Made by a program: the position numbers and the translations under genes. The notes below the pieces were generated by a model. It searched no databases. It had not been told where the DNA came from and saw nothing but the letters and a program-made list of their open reading frames with translations. This document shows positions 1 through 10,881 of a stretch of 64,000 nt of DNA, in pieces. The DNA is from Lingula anatina. Taxonomy: Eukaryota > Animalia > Brachiopoda. The DNA is taken from positions 43,068,788 through 43,132,787 of the forward strand of contig CM120640.1 of assembly GCA_051362555.1 (NCBI GenBank), given 5' to 3'. Positions within the stretch are counted from its first letter, which is position 1; every line of letters begins with the position of its first letter.

Positions 1-3000
1 CCCTCTGCGGGATTCCTATTTCTTTAGATAAAAATGTTACCGGGGCAGTGGTTACACTTGTGACCTTTTCCTTATTCAAATAATTACTCTTTAAAATGTC
101 ATACACAAAAATAGTCATGGAGAACCTATACCAAACAAAATAAGGTTCTTTTCTGCTGGTTCGTTTCAGGAACAAGCTAAGGTCGTTAGGAGTTTGAATT
201 TGAAAAAAAAAAAGATTTAACCACGTTCGTTTCTGTGTACGTGGAACGGGACTTTGAAAACGAGCGAATTAGGCAAGTCTTACAGGAGGAATGACTCTTA
301 TCGCTCAACAAAGTTATGCCATTAGTATGTGTCCACGAGAAACAACTAGAAATATATTTATCTTTGCACAACCAACTGACGCAACAAATTAATGTATGTA
401 CCCTAAAACCTAACTCAATTAAATTAAAATTGAGGCATTTCTTCTTAATACTATGAACCCTGAGGAATCATTTGTTATACCATCTTTTTTACTTTTTCCC
501 TGAAGCCATGAAAATCAAACAGAAAGCGTTTTGCCTTACCTTCGAACAGCCCCAATATAATCACATGCAGACTTCTGCCTTTGTTCCAATACAGACGGCT
601 CTTGGCAGGATAGACAAAGTTTTACCTTCTGGTTTATATGATTCAGGTTATATTGCTCAGCACCTGAGATCAGTATGAGATCAGTGGATATGCCATGTTC
701 AGTGATGGATTGGCGCACACCTGGCAGGAGAGGCACGCTCTCCAACCAAAATATTAGCTGATCTGAGGTGATCAAGGGTAAAATATGCCCTGCCGAAAAA
801 GTGCCTGATCTGAGGTCTTAAAGAGTAAAACCACCCTCAGCAAAAACCAGCTGCTTTGAGACTACCGACGATATAGGCAAATGTTTTCGGTCTATTAGAA
901 GTAGATTGTCAAGTCTGATAACAAGAAGCCAATCAAATAGTTAACAGGTTTGAGAATATACAAGATACACCCACCAGTAAGCATCTTCCTAGCCATAGCA
1001 TTATAGATCTGACCCAAAACATTGTGAATATTAGGCTACATTTCCTGATCAATTGCTTTGGAGACACCCTTGCTTTAATATCAAGTTCCCGAATTGCTGA
1101 AAGTCCAGCAGGTATGTTCAAGTCGGTCAACTATAAGTTGACCTGAGGCTGGCAAGGTAAACCTCTTGGTCAATTCCGTTCTAAATAATGGCTGCGCAGA
1201 TTAAGGCCTGTAAAAGTAGGCCTTCTGTTGGCATGACTGTATCTCATGTCAAAATATGAAATGGTCTGAGACTGTCTACATGTACATAATCCCAGAATAT
1301 TGTGCCATTGATAATGTTAGTCTTTATGCATTGGGTTTCACTGTAAGCTTAATTGTTACGATTTCTTTTATTCTGAGTCAGCAACTAATCGGACTGTCGT
1401 GTCTTCTAAGCCTAATGATTAAGATGTCCATTTTCCGCTAACATCATGAAAAAATATGCCATTATTTTCCCATGATATATGAATGCCGGGTTTCGTGTCC
1501 TTTATAGAAATTAATTCGAACAGACCTGTGATTCATAGCGGTAAGACTGATTCCACGCCAAAATAAGAGACGATCTTAGGATGTAGATAACCAATAACCA
1601 TGACTGTCAACGGTTACCAAGAGTTAGAACAGCCGTGTAGACTCTTGTAATAATGTTACTTTGATGCGATTTCATAAAAGCCAAACGAAACCATCTTACA
1701 AATGTTCTCACCTAATTTGATTGGACAATTATTTGTGGGCTGTGGATATTAGCATTTTGAGAGTGTCTCGTGGGTAGATAGTGAAAGTCACTTAAAATGT
1801 CAGTCAATCTTATTTCGCCAACTTTTCAAGAGACAGCCAAAACATTGTAAGATAGAGGAGTGTAACGGCTGATAATTGACGTGGATACATGCCCTCGAAG
1901 GAGTGGCAAAGAATAAGAGAGTGACATATCTCCGCTGCTACATTCCCAGGGGTTGTATAACTTTTTTTAAAATCATGTAAGGCATTTAGTATGTTATTAG
2001 AAAGTATTTTACTACAAAAACTGTTTATCTCTTGTATCCATCACAGTTATCGCTGACGCTAAGTAATGCTGGTTTCTGAGTTCTGTTCCTTATAGACTGG
2101 AACTCGAGGTCCTTTGACAGGGAGAGGAAGAAATGCCACATTCGTATCACTATATTGGTCTGCTTATTCCCTTAGGGTTCCACTTAAATGTACTACAACC
2201 AGGAAAATGAAAGTGAGAAACACTAGCTATCCATACAACTATTAACAGTATATTGAGCGTTTAACCTCGTCTTAATTTCCGATCGGATATTAGAAGATGT
2301 CCCAACAAAAAGCAACTGATACTGGAATTGCTATTGATGGAAATCGTTAGACAGGCCGAGCAGTGGTCAAAAGTTTAAGTCCTAGATGTTTATCTGGTTT
2401 TACTTTCATCATATCCGATTTAACTAGGAGCATACGGGAACATGTGTTTCTCCTGTAGACTCCTTTGTTATAAAAATTTTTTTCGCTTCAATGAAAGCGT
2501 TACTTGAATGGAAAAGATATATACTGTATATAAGATACCGAGTTGCTTGAAACTCGTTCATGAAAGCTTTCTAAGAAACGATCTCTTTGCAAATAGAATG
2601 TCATAGAAAATGTAAGTAATCCAATCTTGTGTCAGATGTGGAAACTTCCTCTTAACAAAAAAGCTATAATGTGATAGGCCAGCATTCTACCGTTTCTTTT
2701 TTTCTCCAGGAAAATAAAGTCAAAGTATCAAGTCAAATGACAACAAATGACAATGTAATATCGATGAATAATAATACATCCATCATCAACAGCCTCATTC
2801 TTGTTTCGGGTTGTTTTCAATTATCTGATATTCAGTTCGAGATACAATTAGCTGGAAATTGATCAATAGAAGTCATTTTGGGTGCCTTATTATAAACAAT
2901 ATCACAGGCTTTTGGGAATTGGGCGCTGTGAGACAAACAGCTTTTGATTTGTTCAAACGCTCTGCAATGGCAATGTCTTCATTAATCCCGTATGTGAACA

Positions 3001-5624
3001 CGTTACATGTGTTCCTCAATGCATGTCATTGCGCCTCGTTAAACGCCGAACCTCACTTCTTCTGGCATAAACTTAATGGCACGTTAGGCAAAGAGCTGAC
3101 GGTTCAGCCGTATATCATATATCAGATGAGTGCACAGACTTGCTGAGTACATCTGTAAAAACGAATTAGAAGAAGGGTCGTAGACATCATTTCCCTCGTG
3201 ATAGAATAGAGCCGATTGCTCTCCATCTTCACACGTTTTTTCAAGTACACATTTTAACTGACAGTATCCTTTGTATGAAGTTTGACAAAGCCAGTTCTAT
3301 TGACTCCGCGGGATATTATAACTCCTAATCTCTCTCTCTCTTCACGAAAGTATGTAAAGACAAAACTAATTCTGGTACTGCAATTACACCGTAATTTCTG
3401 CATTGTGCGCCACTTAGATGTTGCAAGAGCTATTGAGTCACAACTTCATGGTGCGAGAGACAAAATCATTCGAAAAATTTTAATGAAATCGAAGTGTAGT
3501 GGATTGATTGATTAAGAAACATTAAGATAAACCATTCGCTGGGTATTTACCTTTTTATCCAGACGAAGTAATGAAACTGACAAGCCCCCGATAGACAAGA
3601 TACAAACCAGTCTATTGATTGATACAAACAAAGTATCAAAGATAGCATCTACCATCACATGTCAGAATCCCTGTGTTATAACTAGCTTATCTCTTTTCCA
3701 TGCAGATGAAGCTCAAAATGTCATGAGGGTGAATAATCTCCCCGTTAACTCTCGTTTTAAACAAATGGCAAATTGTATTTTACCAAATTTTGCCTTCCTT
3801 TATAACTTGTCTTGTTCCACCGATATGATATTTACGTCTTGGTTTTCTGATAATTACAAGCTTTTTGATCAAAATATTAACCCTAATGAATAAGCTGTTT
3901 AATCTTGAAGAGCAGCCGGTCGCCAATTATTCTGTATAAAAATAAAGCCTGACAACATATTATCAGAGTTTCCAGGACTTACGTGGCACAACTTTGAGGA
4001 ACAGCCGTGAGAGCGGCGACCAGGTAGCGGCAATGTTTGTTTACTTGGTCTAATTGCACACTTCTCTCTATTCTTTGCGTTTCTCAGAGCATCCCTTGAA
4101 GCTTAATTAAACGCATTCTGGACTCAACGTCAATCTAATGTCCTTGGAATAGGGTTATTTGTTCTGGGGCATGAAAACTGGAAGTAAATGTGCGTTTCAA
4201 CACGATGACGTCAGTGCTAACTTTTCAACTTCCTTGTTAAGTGATATGATGACAAGGTGTTCCATGTATTTCACCTGGAGATCTCTCTTGATGCCTCCCA
4301 GAACCAGTACACAAATTTTGTCTTTTGCTCAGCCCCACCTTAGCCAGAAAATGCCCAAGGCAAGTGCGTTACAAATTGATTTTTTGACCCCATGCAGAGA
4401 CTACCTGGATCACTAACAGGGCGAACATTTAATCAAAAAGACGCGTTAATACCAAATAGGTTTTAATATTATTGTCAATCCACAGTAACCAATCAGTGAA
4501 ATGATACAAATAATTGAAGTCAACAAAGATGAAATCGGTCACAGATATTATATTAGGCATTATGTTCTCCAGGGAGCTTTTCACCAATTAATACCACTAT
4601 ATATCAAATTCTCTAGAGAATGACTGTGAATGATATCAGGACAGAATTGTGATGAGTTTAGTGAATATTTTAAGCCTGAGAAAACACCCGTTATTTGGTA
4701 ATCACTTTCTAGTTCGCAGGCAGTAACAGATTTGTCAAAGGTGAAACTGTTCAGTAATCATGCGTCAACAATATCATCAACCCAAAATAAATATGAACCT
4801 CTCATATTCTTAGATCTGTCTTTGACTTATCCGTACAGAGATTGGACTATTTACCAACCAAGCCAAGTGCGTCAGTTCATAATGTTTACCCCCGAGTAAT
4901 GGGATTAAAGTTTTTCATAACCATCGTAAAAAGTATGACATCTGGTGTGAAGGTTGCTAAAGCGATATTAAGATAGTCAGACAGGTTGTTTTCTTATTTG
5001 ATAATTTAGTTGTCTAACAAACAGACTGGCAGCCAAAGTAAAGTATTAAAGGCAAATTGTTGGAAGGGTGCGCATAAAGAGTGCTAATTTTAGAAAACCT
5101 TTCTCGCAAAAACGTGCGGTGTTTCACAAAATTCTAGTTAGATCAATGATCAACGTTTTTTCCATTATTGTTCACCAGAACCATTTTGTTATGATTATAT
5201 CCCTGAATTAATGCAGTCCGTGTGATATTAACTTAATATGAATAAGAGTGATTTATGATTGCACGCCATGATTACACAAACAGGGCTCTCAATCATACAG
5301 TTTGACGTTAATACAAAATATAAAAACAATAGGTACAGTCGATGATGACACTACCTCACACGATCAGATTTGTAACAAAATAAAATTACACTCACCTTTA
5401 ATTGCTCCTTCTTTTTAGATCATTCCAGAGTTGCCACTTAATGCCCTGTGAAGGGGAGTTTGCGTCCGTAACTCACGTGACGGGTCGCTTTTGCGCAGTT
5501 CTTTAGAGTTCGAAAAAACTTCATCGCCAGATCTGACTTCGTTAAGTTGTAGTAGAGATGCTCGAATAGCACAGATCCATTGTATTAGATGTGCTTAGCG
5601 AGCATTACCCGCTTTGATACACAT

Positions 5625-5680
5625 AGACGGTGTGACAGGAATGGTAGTCCTAAGACGGTGTGACAGGAATGGTAGTCCTA
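5625..5680 (+). repeat. 28-bp perfect tandem duplication
   Basis: AGACGGTGTGACAGGAATGGTAGTCCTA occurs at 5625-5652 and again at 5653-5680. Confidence 0.95.
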
Positions 5681-6225
5681 AGAATGGAAGCCTGAGCTCT
5701 CGTATTATAAGTGCAGGTTGGGGTAAGGCAGGCTTATCGGGGTCGGTATAAGGGGCAATGCCCCTTGAAAAAAGCTCGGAGTGTTTTGTGTCCGTGAAAA
5801 AATTAATGGGAAATGAACTACGGTTTCTAGCGGTCTTCCATTCTTGTCACATATATTATCATTAAGCCTATGTTACAGGAGATATGTTCTATTAAATGAA
5901 AAAGATTGGAAATTAAGATAAAAGAAATGAAGCTTATATTAATTCCGTCCTTTCATTCGAAACGGGAACAAGTTGACAATTGCTAAAATTTGATGATGCT
6001 CTTTTCATTTACACCTTACACAAACAACTTCTTTTCCAAGTGTTCATCCCATATATATTCTGTAGAATGGTTCCTGTGTCAATAGATATTGATCGTAAAG
6101 TCTCCTTAGGTTTAATAATGGTCTATGCATATTAGATATTTACGCTTAAACCCCACAAATATCAAAATGCCTAAAAAGGCAAAGTAGTTCGACATGAAAA
6201 GAAAATGAGGACTTGTTTCAAGATC

Positions 6226-6231
6226 TTTATT
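6226..6231 (-). terminator. Putative polyadenylation signal of the WxxW/GY-repeat gene
   Basis: TTTATT on + (AATAAA on -), ~245 nt downstream of the TAA at 6476. Confidence 0.55.
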
Positions 6232-6475
6232 ATTGACACGAATTAAGTATCCATGTAACAAGTGAAACGTCCTTTAGATGACTTTTTGTGTATATTAAGT
6301 GAAAATAACAAGCTAGTTATTGGTGCGAAATATATATGAAAACTGATCGTGATCGCGTTGTCATGTACCTTTTCGAAAATGCATTTAGTGAATAACGCCT
6401 AGTTCTCTCAGTTGCATTCAACAAATTAGCAATGTCTTTTTTTTTTACACTTTGATGCTATAGATTAGTTGATTT

Positions 6476-9400
6476 TTACCCAAAGATGCCTGTAAATGGT
6501 TGGAAGGCAGCAAAACGTTTTGGTAAGAGTTTCGAGGCAGATCTTGGTTTTCCGAATCTTCTTATGGTAAAATGCCTGTTGGCTGCCTTACTGACGCTTT
6601 GAACTGGCCTGGCAAAGATGGCTCTGTTCTTGTAAGCGGGACCATAGCCAACAAAGGGAGCTTTGTCAGCATAGCGAGCACCAGGAGCGGGACCATAGCC
6701 AGCAACAGGAACTTTGACGGCATAGCCAGCAGCAAGGTCGGGACCATAGCCAGCAGCAGGAGCTTTGTCAGGATAGCCAGCAGCAGGGCCTGGACCATAG
6801 CCATCAACAGGAGGTTTGTGAGGATAGCCAGCAGCAGGACCTGGACCATAGACATCAACAGGAGCCTTGTCAGGATAGCCAGCAGCAGGACCTTTGTCAT
6901 CATAGCCAGCAGCAGGACCTTTGTCGGCATAGCCAGAAGCAGAGGCGGGACCATAGCTAGCAGCAGGACCCTTGTCAGGATAGCCAGCAACAGCGGCAGG
7001 GGCGGGAGCAGCAGGAGCTTTGTCAACGTATCCATCAGCAGGGCCGGGGGCATAACCAGCAGCAGGAGCTTGATCAGGATAACCAGCACCAGGGCCTGGA
7101 CCATAGCGACCAACAGGAGCTTTGTCAGGATAACCAGCAGCAGCAGGACCTTTGTCATCATAGCCAGCAGCATGGCCTTTGTCAGCGTATCCATCATCAG
7201 GGCCATAGCCAGCAGCAGGAGCTTTGTCATCATAGCCAGCAGGGCCGGGGGCATAGCCAGCAGCAGGAGCTTTGTCAACGTATCCATCAGCAGGGCCGGG
7301 GGCATAGCCAGCAGCAGGAGCTTTGTCATCATAGCCAGCAGGGCCGGGGGGATAGCCAGCAGCAGGAGCTTTGTCAACGTATCCATCAGCAGGGCCGGGG
7401 GCAAAGCCAGCAGCAGGAGCTTTGTCATCATAGCCAGCAGGGCCGGGGGCATAGCCAGCAGCAGGAGCTTTGTCAGCGTATCCATCAGCAGGGCCGGGGG
7501 CATAGCCAGCAGCAGGAGCTTTGTCATCATAGCCAGCAGGGCCGGGAGCATAGCCAGCAGCAGGACCTTTGTTAGCGTAACCATCAACAGGGGCGACATA
7601 GCCAGGAAAGGGATTAGGTGCCGGGATTATGTCGTCAACTTCTACATCAGGCACAATCGTTTTGCCCTCCCTCACACTGCCGTATTTAAAAGCCATGTTC
7701 AAATAGTCGTTGTTGAAGTAAGGTTTTTCATTGAACTTGGGGTCAAACTTGGTCACACCACCGAGGAAGTCTTTGTGCGCATCCTTTTGTAACTTAGTTC
7801 CTGCACATCGGTAGTACTTGTATGCAGGTTGAGCGCAGTACACGCGCACTTCGTAGTCCTTGCAGCCTTTGTACCCGTTATCCTTATTGAGGCACTGGAG
7901 TCCTTTGAAGGGCTCGCACGCGACTTTCAGTTTCTGCCCAGCTGCCCACCACGGGATGTCCGTACCGGCAACGCGGCACTGAATGACAGGGGTCACTTCT
8001 GAGCCTGGGAAACTGTTGTGGCACATAAACTGTAAAATGGAAAGTTAAGACCAGTCTGTCTACACCTTTTAAACAAGAAACATTAGTGTCATTTACTTTG
8101 AAAACAAAACTAGATATATCTACCACACAAATTTACAACACTTACACAAGAATAATTTGTTCTACGAATTCCGTCACTTCATATATTGATATGGAGATAT
8201 GATAATCGTAAATAAAATAGTTCGGCCAACGGAAACCCGTGTCATAAAAAAGAATTTAAGAAATAGAAAAACTATATCTTGAAGCCGTTTATTTTCTCAA
8301 AGTAATTTTTAGCAGCATCTGCAAAGTTGCTCTCAGCAGCACCACAATAAAAATATAAAAAATGATATATGTATCACCTCTGGGTCAAGCAGCAGTTCGT
8401 TGTCACCATCGCCGCTTTTTGGACTGTCGAAACTGATCCAGTCGGTGAAGCCTATAAGGAAAAAAGACCTGTTACGCTTGGCAGGAATATCGGAGGAAAT
8501 GCACCAACCCCTACAGATATACCTGCCACATTCAGTAAGAAGAGGACTGTAATATCAGCTGAAAACCACTTGTCATTGATTTCCAGAATTACTAGACAGC
8601 AAAGCTATATACAGACACTTTACGGAAGGGGCGTTACCATGGCTTCATTTAACACAAACAGGCACATTCCAGGAAACGTAAACTTTTATGAAAAAAAAAA
8701 GAATACGATTATTCGTAAGGCACTTGCATTTACCAACTCCTTCGCAGCCCCCCCCCCACTCCCCAATTAAAAGAACTAAAAGAAAAAAAACACTCAGCTA
8801 ATTTAAAGTAAAACGAAAGTACTGTTAAGCATTCATGGGAACACATGAAAAAAATCAATTTTAAGTAAATACAAATACGGTTTGAAAGTTAGAGAGAACA
8901 GCAGATGAGTCAGACAGCGACAGCGACGCAGTTGATATATACAGACACATACAGCACCTGTATATAAAAACCGGTCCACGAAATGAAATTTTGACGCAAA
9001 TAAGATGCAATTTACAAATTTCCCTGACACCATGGATGATAGCCTGAAACTACCTGACCATCATTCTATTGTTCTCGACCTGTAAACACACGTTTTAGGC
9101 ATGCATTTGAAAATACATTTTCTGAAAAAAATTATTACGTGTGCTTTACGTGTCACTGGTGTTTCTTTATTTATTAAAGATCACTAAATTCCTTGCTTTT
9201 TCGCTTAATTAAGATGTGCTTTTAGCAGGTCGTTGATGTCATCATTTGAAAATGAAAACACAGACTTATAAAAAAGGAATACCGCACCTGAGTTCTGCCT
9301 AAAACACTGTCCGGGGTAGTCAGCAGTACAAGCGGGCTCATCTACACCGCAGATCGGGTACTTGGTGTAGGAAGGGCCATTAATGAAGCCGTCGTCAGTC

Positions 9401-10809
9401 CGGGCCCCGTTAGCGCACGACATTTTGGTAGGTCGTAGATTTCCATAGTCATCAACATTTTCACACCTGTAGAAGATGTTGGCGTACATAGCATCTGCTA
9501 TGAAGTCTCCTAGTTTGCAACATTCCGTAACTGTTGAAATGAACGCAAGTAAAATATTGAAAGATCGCAATACACTCATTTTCCATATATAGACCCATTT
9601 ATCTTTTTTTTAAATTTCAATTAAAACTAAGCGAGCCGACGAATTATTTGTTCGAGTGGAACTTTACTAACATCCGTCTAGCAACTTAAAAAATTATTAC
9701 TATATTTATCTGTTCTCGCACAAAAAACATAAGCGTACTAAATTTTAAACCTCCGTTACTGTTAATCGCAACAGAATCTCACATTCTCCAATCGATCTAG
9801 ATTATTGTAGTGCAATATAACATAGTACAAAATTTGCAACTTGTCAGGAAGGCATCAGGATGGCTAACGTCTCAAAAAATGTCTGGAATGTTTATTCTAA
9901 ATTACTCAATAAATAGTTTGCGGCTACTTTAGCGGTGTTAAAAATTGAAAAAAAAAACTTCATTAGGTCTTTTGGCGTAAGTCATCTTTTTTAGTTGTTT
10001 GATGATTTTGTACTATTTTAGCCATTAACAAAATCTCCAATTCAGTTTCATCCATTTTTTGGCTAGACTATATGGTGACAGGGACAGTTTAATGTTTCAC
10101 AAGAAATACAGCAAAACGGCATTATTTTAGAAAATAATTTGCAAAACCTTCGTTTCTTGGCATTGTGAAAAAATATATTAAAGGCATAATAACTCTTTGT
10201 ATGAGACCTATATTTCACAATAAAAACCTTGTGAATAACTCATAGAAATATAATATATTATGTTTTACCACAAAAACAGCAGTTATAGCTTTTATTCTGA
10301 TATTTGAACTTGTCTTTAGACCACGTGACCTCCATTGATGTCTATACTTTGTTAAAATCTCTTAAGAGATTTTAACAAAAAACCAAACTTTTTGGAAAAA
10401 AAACCAAGGACTAACTTTGAATGTAAAAATGGATTCATTAACCATTGGTAAGTATGGGAAAATTGTTGTTTACTCCAGGAAAATTCATTTTTTGGCCGAA
10501 ACAAAGAGTTATTATTGCTTTAAATGAAAAATCTTTAAAAATACCGAGGGATTATTTATTCCCGAAACTGTATAAATTTCCACACGTTTTCTCTCGCTGC
10601 AGAAACGCAAACCTTAAACTGGTAGATAAAATAAGACATTGCCATAGTTTTCTCTCTTACTTTCTGGAAAACTAACCCCTGTTTATCAGTATTTTACAAA
10701 TAGAAATTTACCCGTTAAACTCATTCACATTACCTGGATACGATGAAGGATTTGACGCGTTCACAACCAGCGCTAGGCTAAGTGCGCTCAGTACGAAAAT
10801 GGCCAGCAT
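6476..10809 (-). CDS. Secreted matrix protein, 4 coding exons, ~648 aa: signal peptide + chitin-binding type-2 (CBM14)-like domain + Mucin2_WxxW domain + Gly-Tyr/Pro/Ala repeat + basic tail
   Basis: Exons 10734-10809 (MLAIFVLSALSLALVVNASNPSSYP, signal peptide), 9288-9530 (VTECCKLGDFIAD..NIFYRCE..KMSCANG..PICG..PAC), 8378-8451 (GFTDWISFDSPKSGDGDNELLLDPE) and 6476-8029 (FMC..IQCR..VACEPFKGLQCLNKDN..CKDYEVRVYC, repeats, ..GIFG*). All introns are GT-AG with phases 1,1,0 joining in frame. W.s.DsP..GD.E..C..IQCR..C..GL.C.N..C.DYEVR..C matches the Mucin2_WxxW (CILP/MUC5-type) pattern. Confidence 0.9.
6630..7600 (-). repeat. Coding tandem repeat with 48/51-nt units (APAAGYAPGPAGYDDK / APAAGYAPGPADGYVDK)
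   Basis: CATAGCCAGCAGCAGGAGCTTTGTC recurs on +; 16-aa and 17-aa units alternate in the homogeneous part (~7200-7570). Confidence 0.95.
10182..10519. mobile_element. MITE with TTAA target-site duplication (Kolobok/piggyBac-type target), copy 1, in intron 1 of the WxxW gene
   Basis: TTAA|AGGCATAATAACTCTTTGT ... ACAAAGAGTTATTATTGCT|TTAA: ~19-bp TIRs with TTAA at 10178-10181 and 10520-10523; homologous to 52278-52612. Confidence 0.85.
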
Positions 10810-10873
10810 GGCTCCAATGCGGTGGCCAACTTTTCCAACCTTTAACAAACTAATCAAGCTAAAACGCCACCGA

Positions 10874-10881
10874 TTTTTATA
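10874..10881 (-). promoter_or_regulatory. TATA box of the WxxW/GY-repeat gene
   Basis: TATAAAAA on the - strand in a GC-flanked context, ~65 nt upstream of the ATG at 10809; implies a TSS near 10850. Confidence 0.7.

Noticed and set aside
450-830. CTGAGATCAG/CTGATCTGAGG motifs suggesting a MITE
   Set aside because: No convincing TIR pair, TSD or second copy in the window.
5625-5680. 28-bp repeat as a CRISPR repeat
   Set aside because: Only two directly adjacent copies with no spacer; a simple tandem duplication.
6562-7792. Overlapping 345-aa (-) and 406-aa (+) ORFs
   Set aside because: Shadow frames of the GY-repeat exon: the repeat unit lacks stops in those frames, and the products are low-complexity (LLLAM / IASSRS) with no domain.
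8369-8770. 133-aa plus-strand ORF
   Set aside because: Antisense to exon 3 and intron 2 of the WxxW gene, with no protein features.
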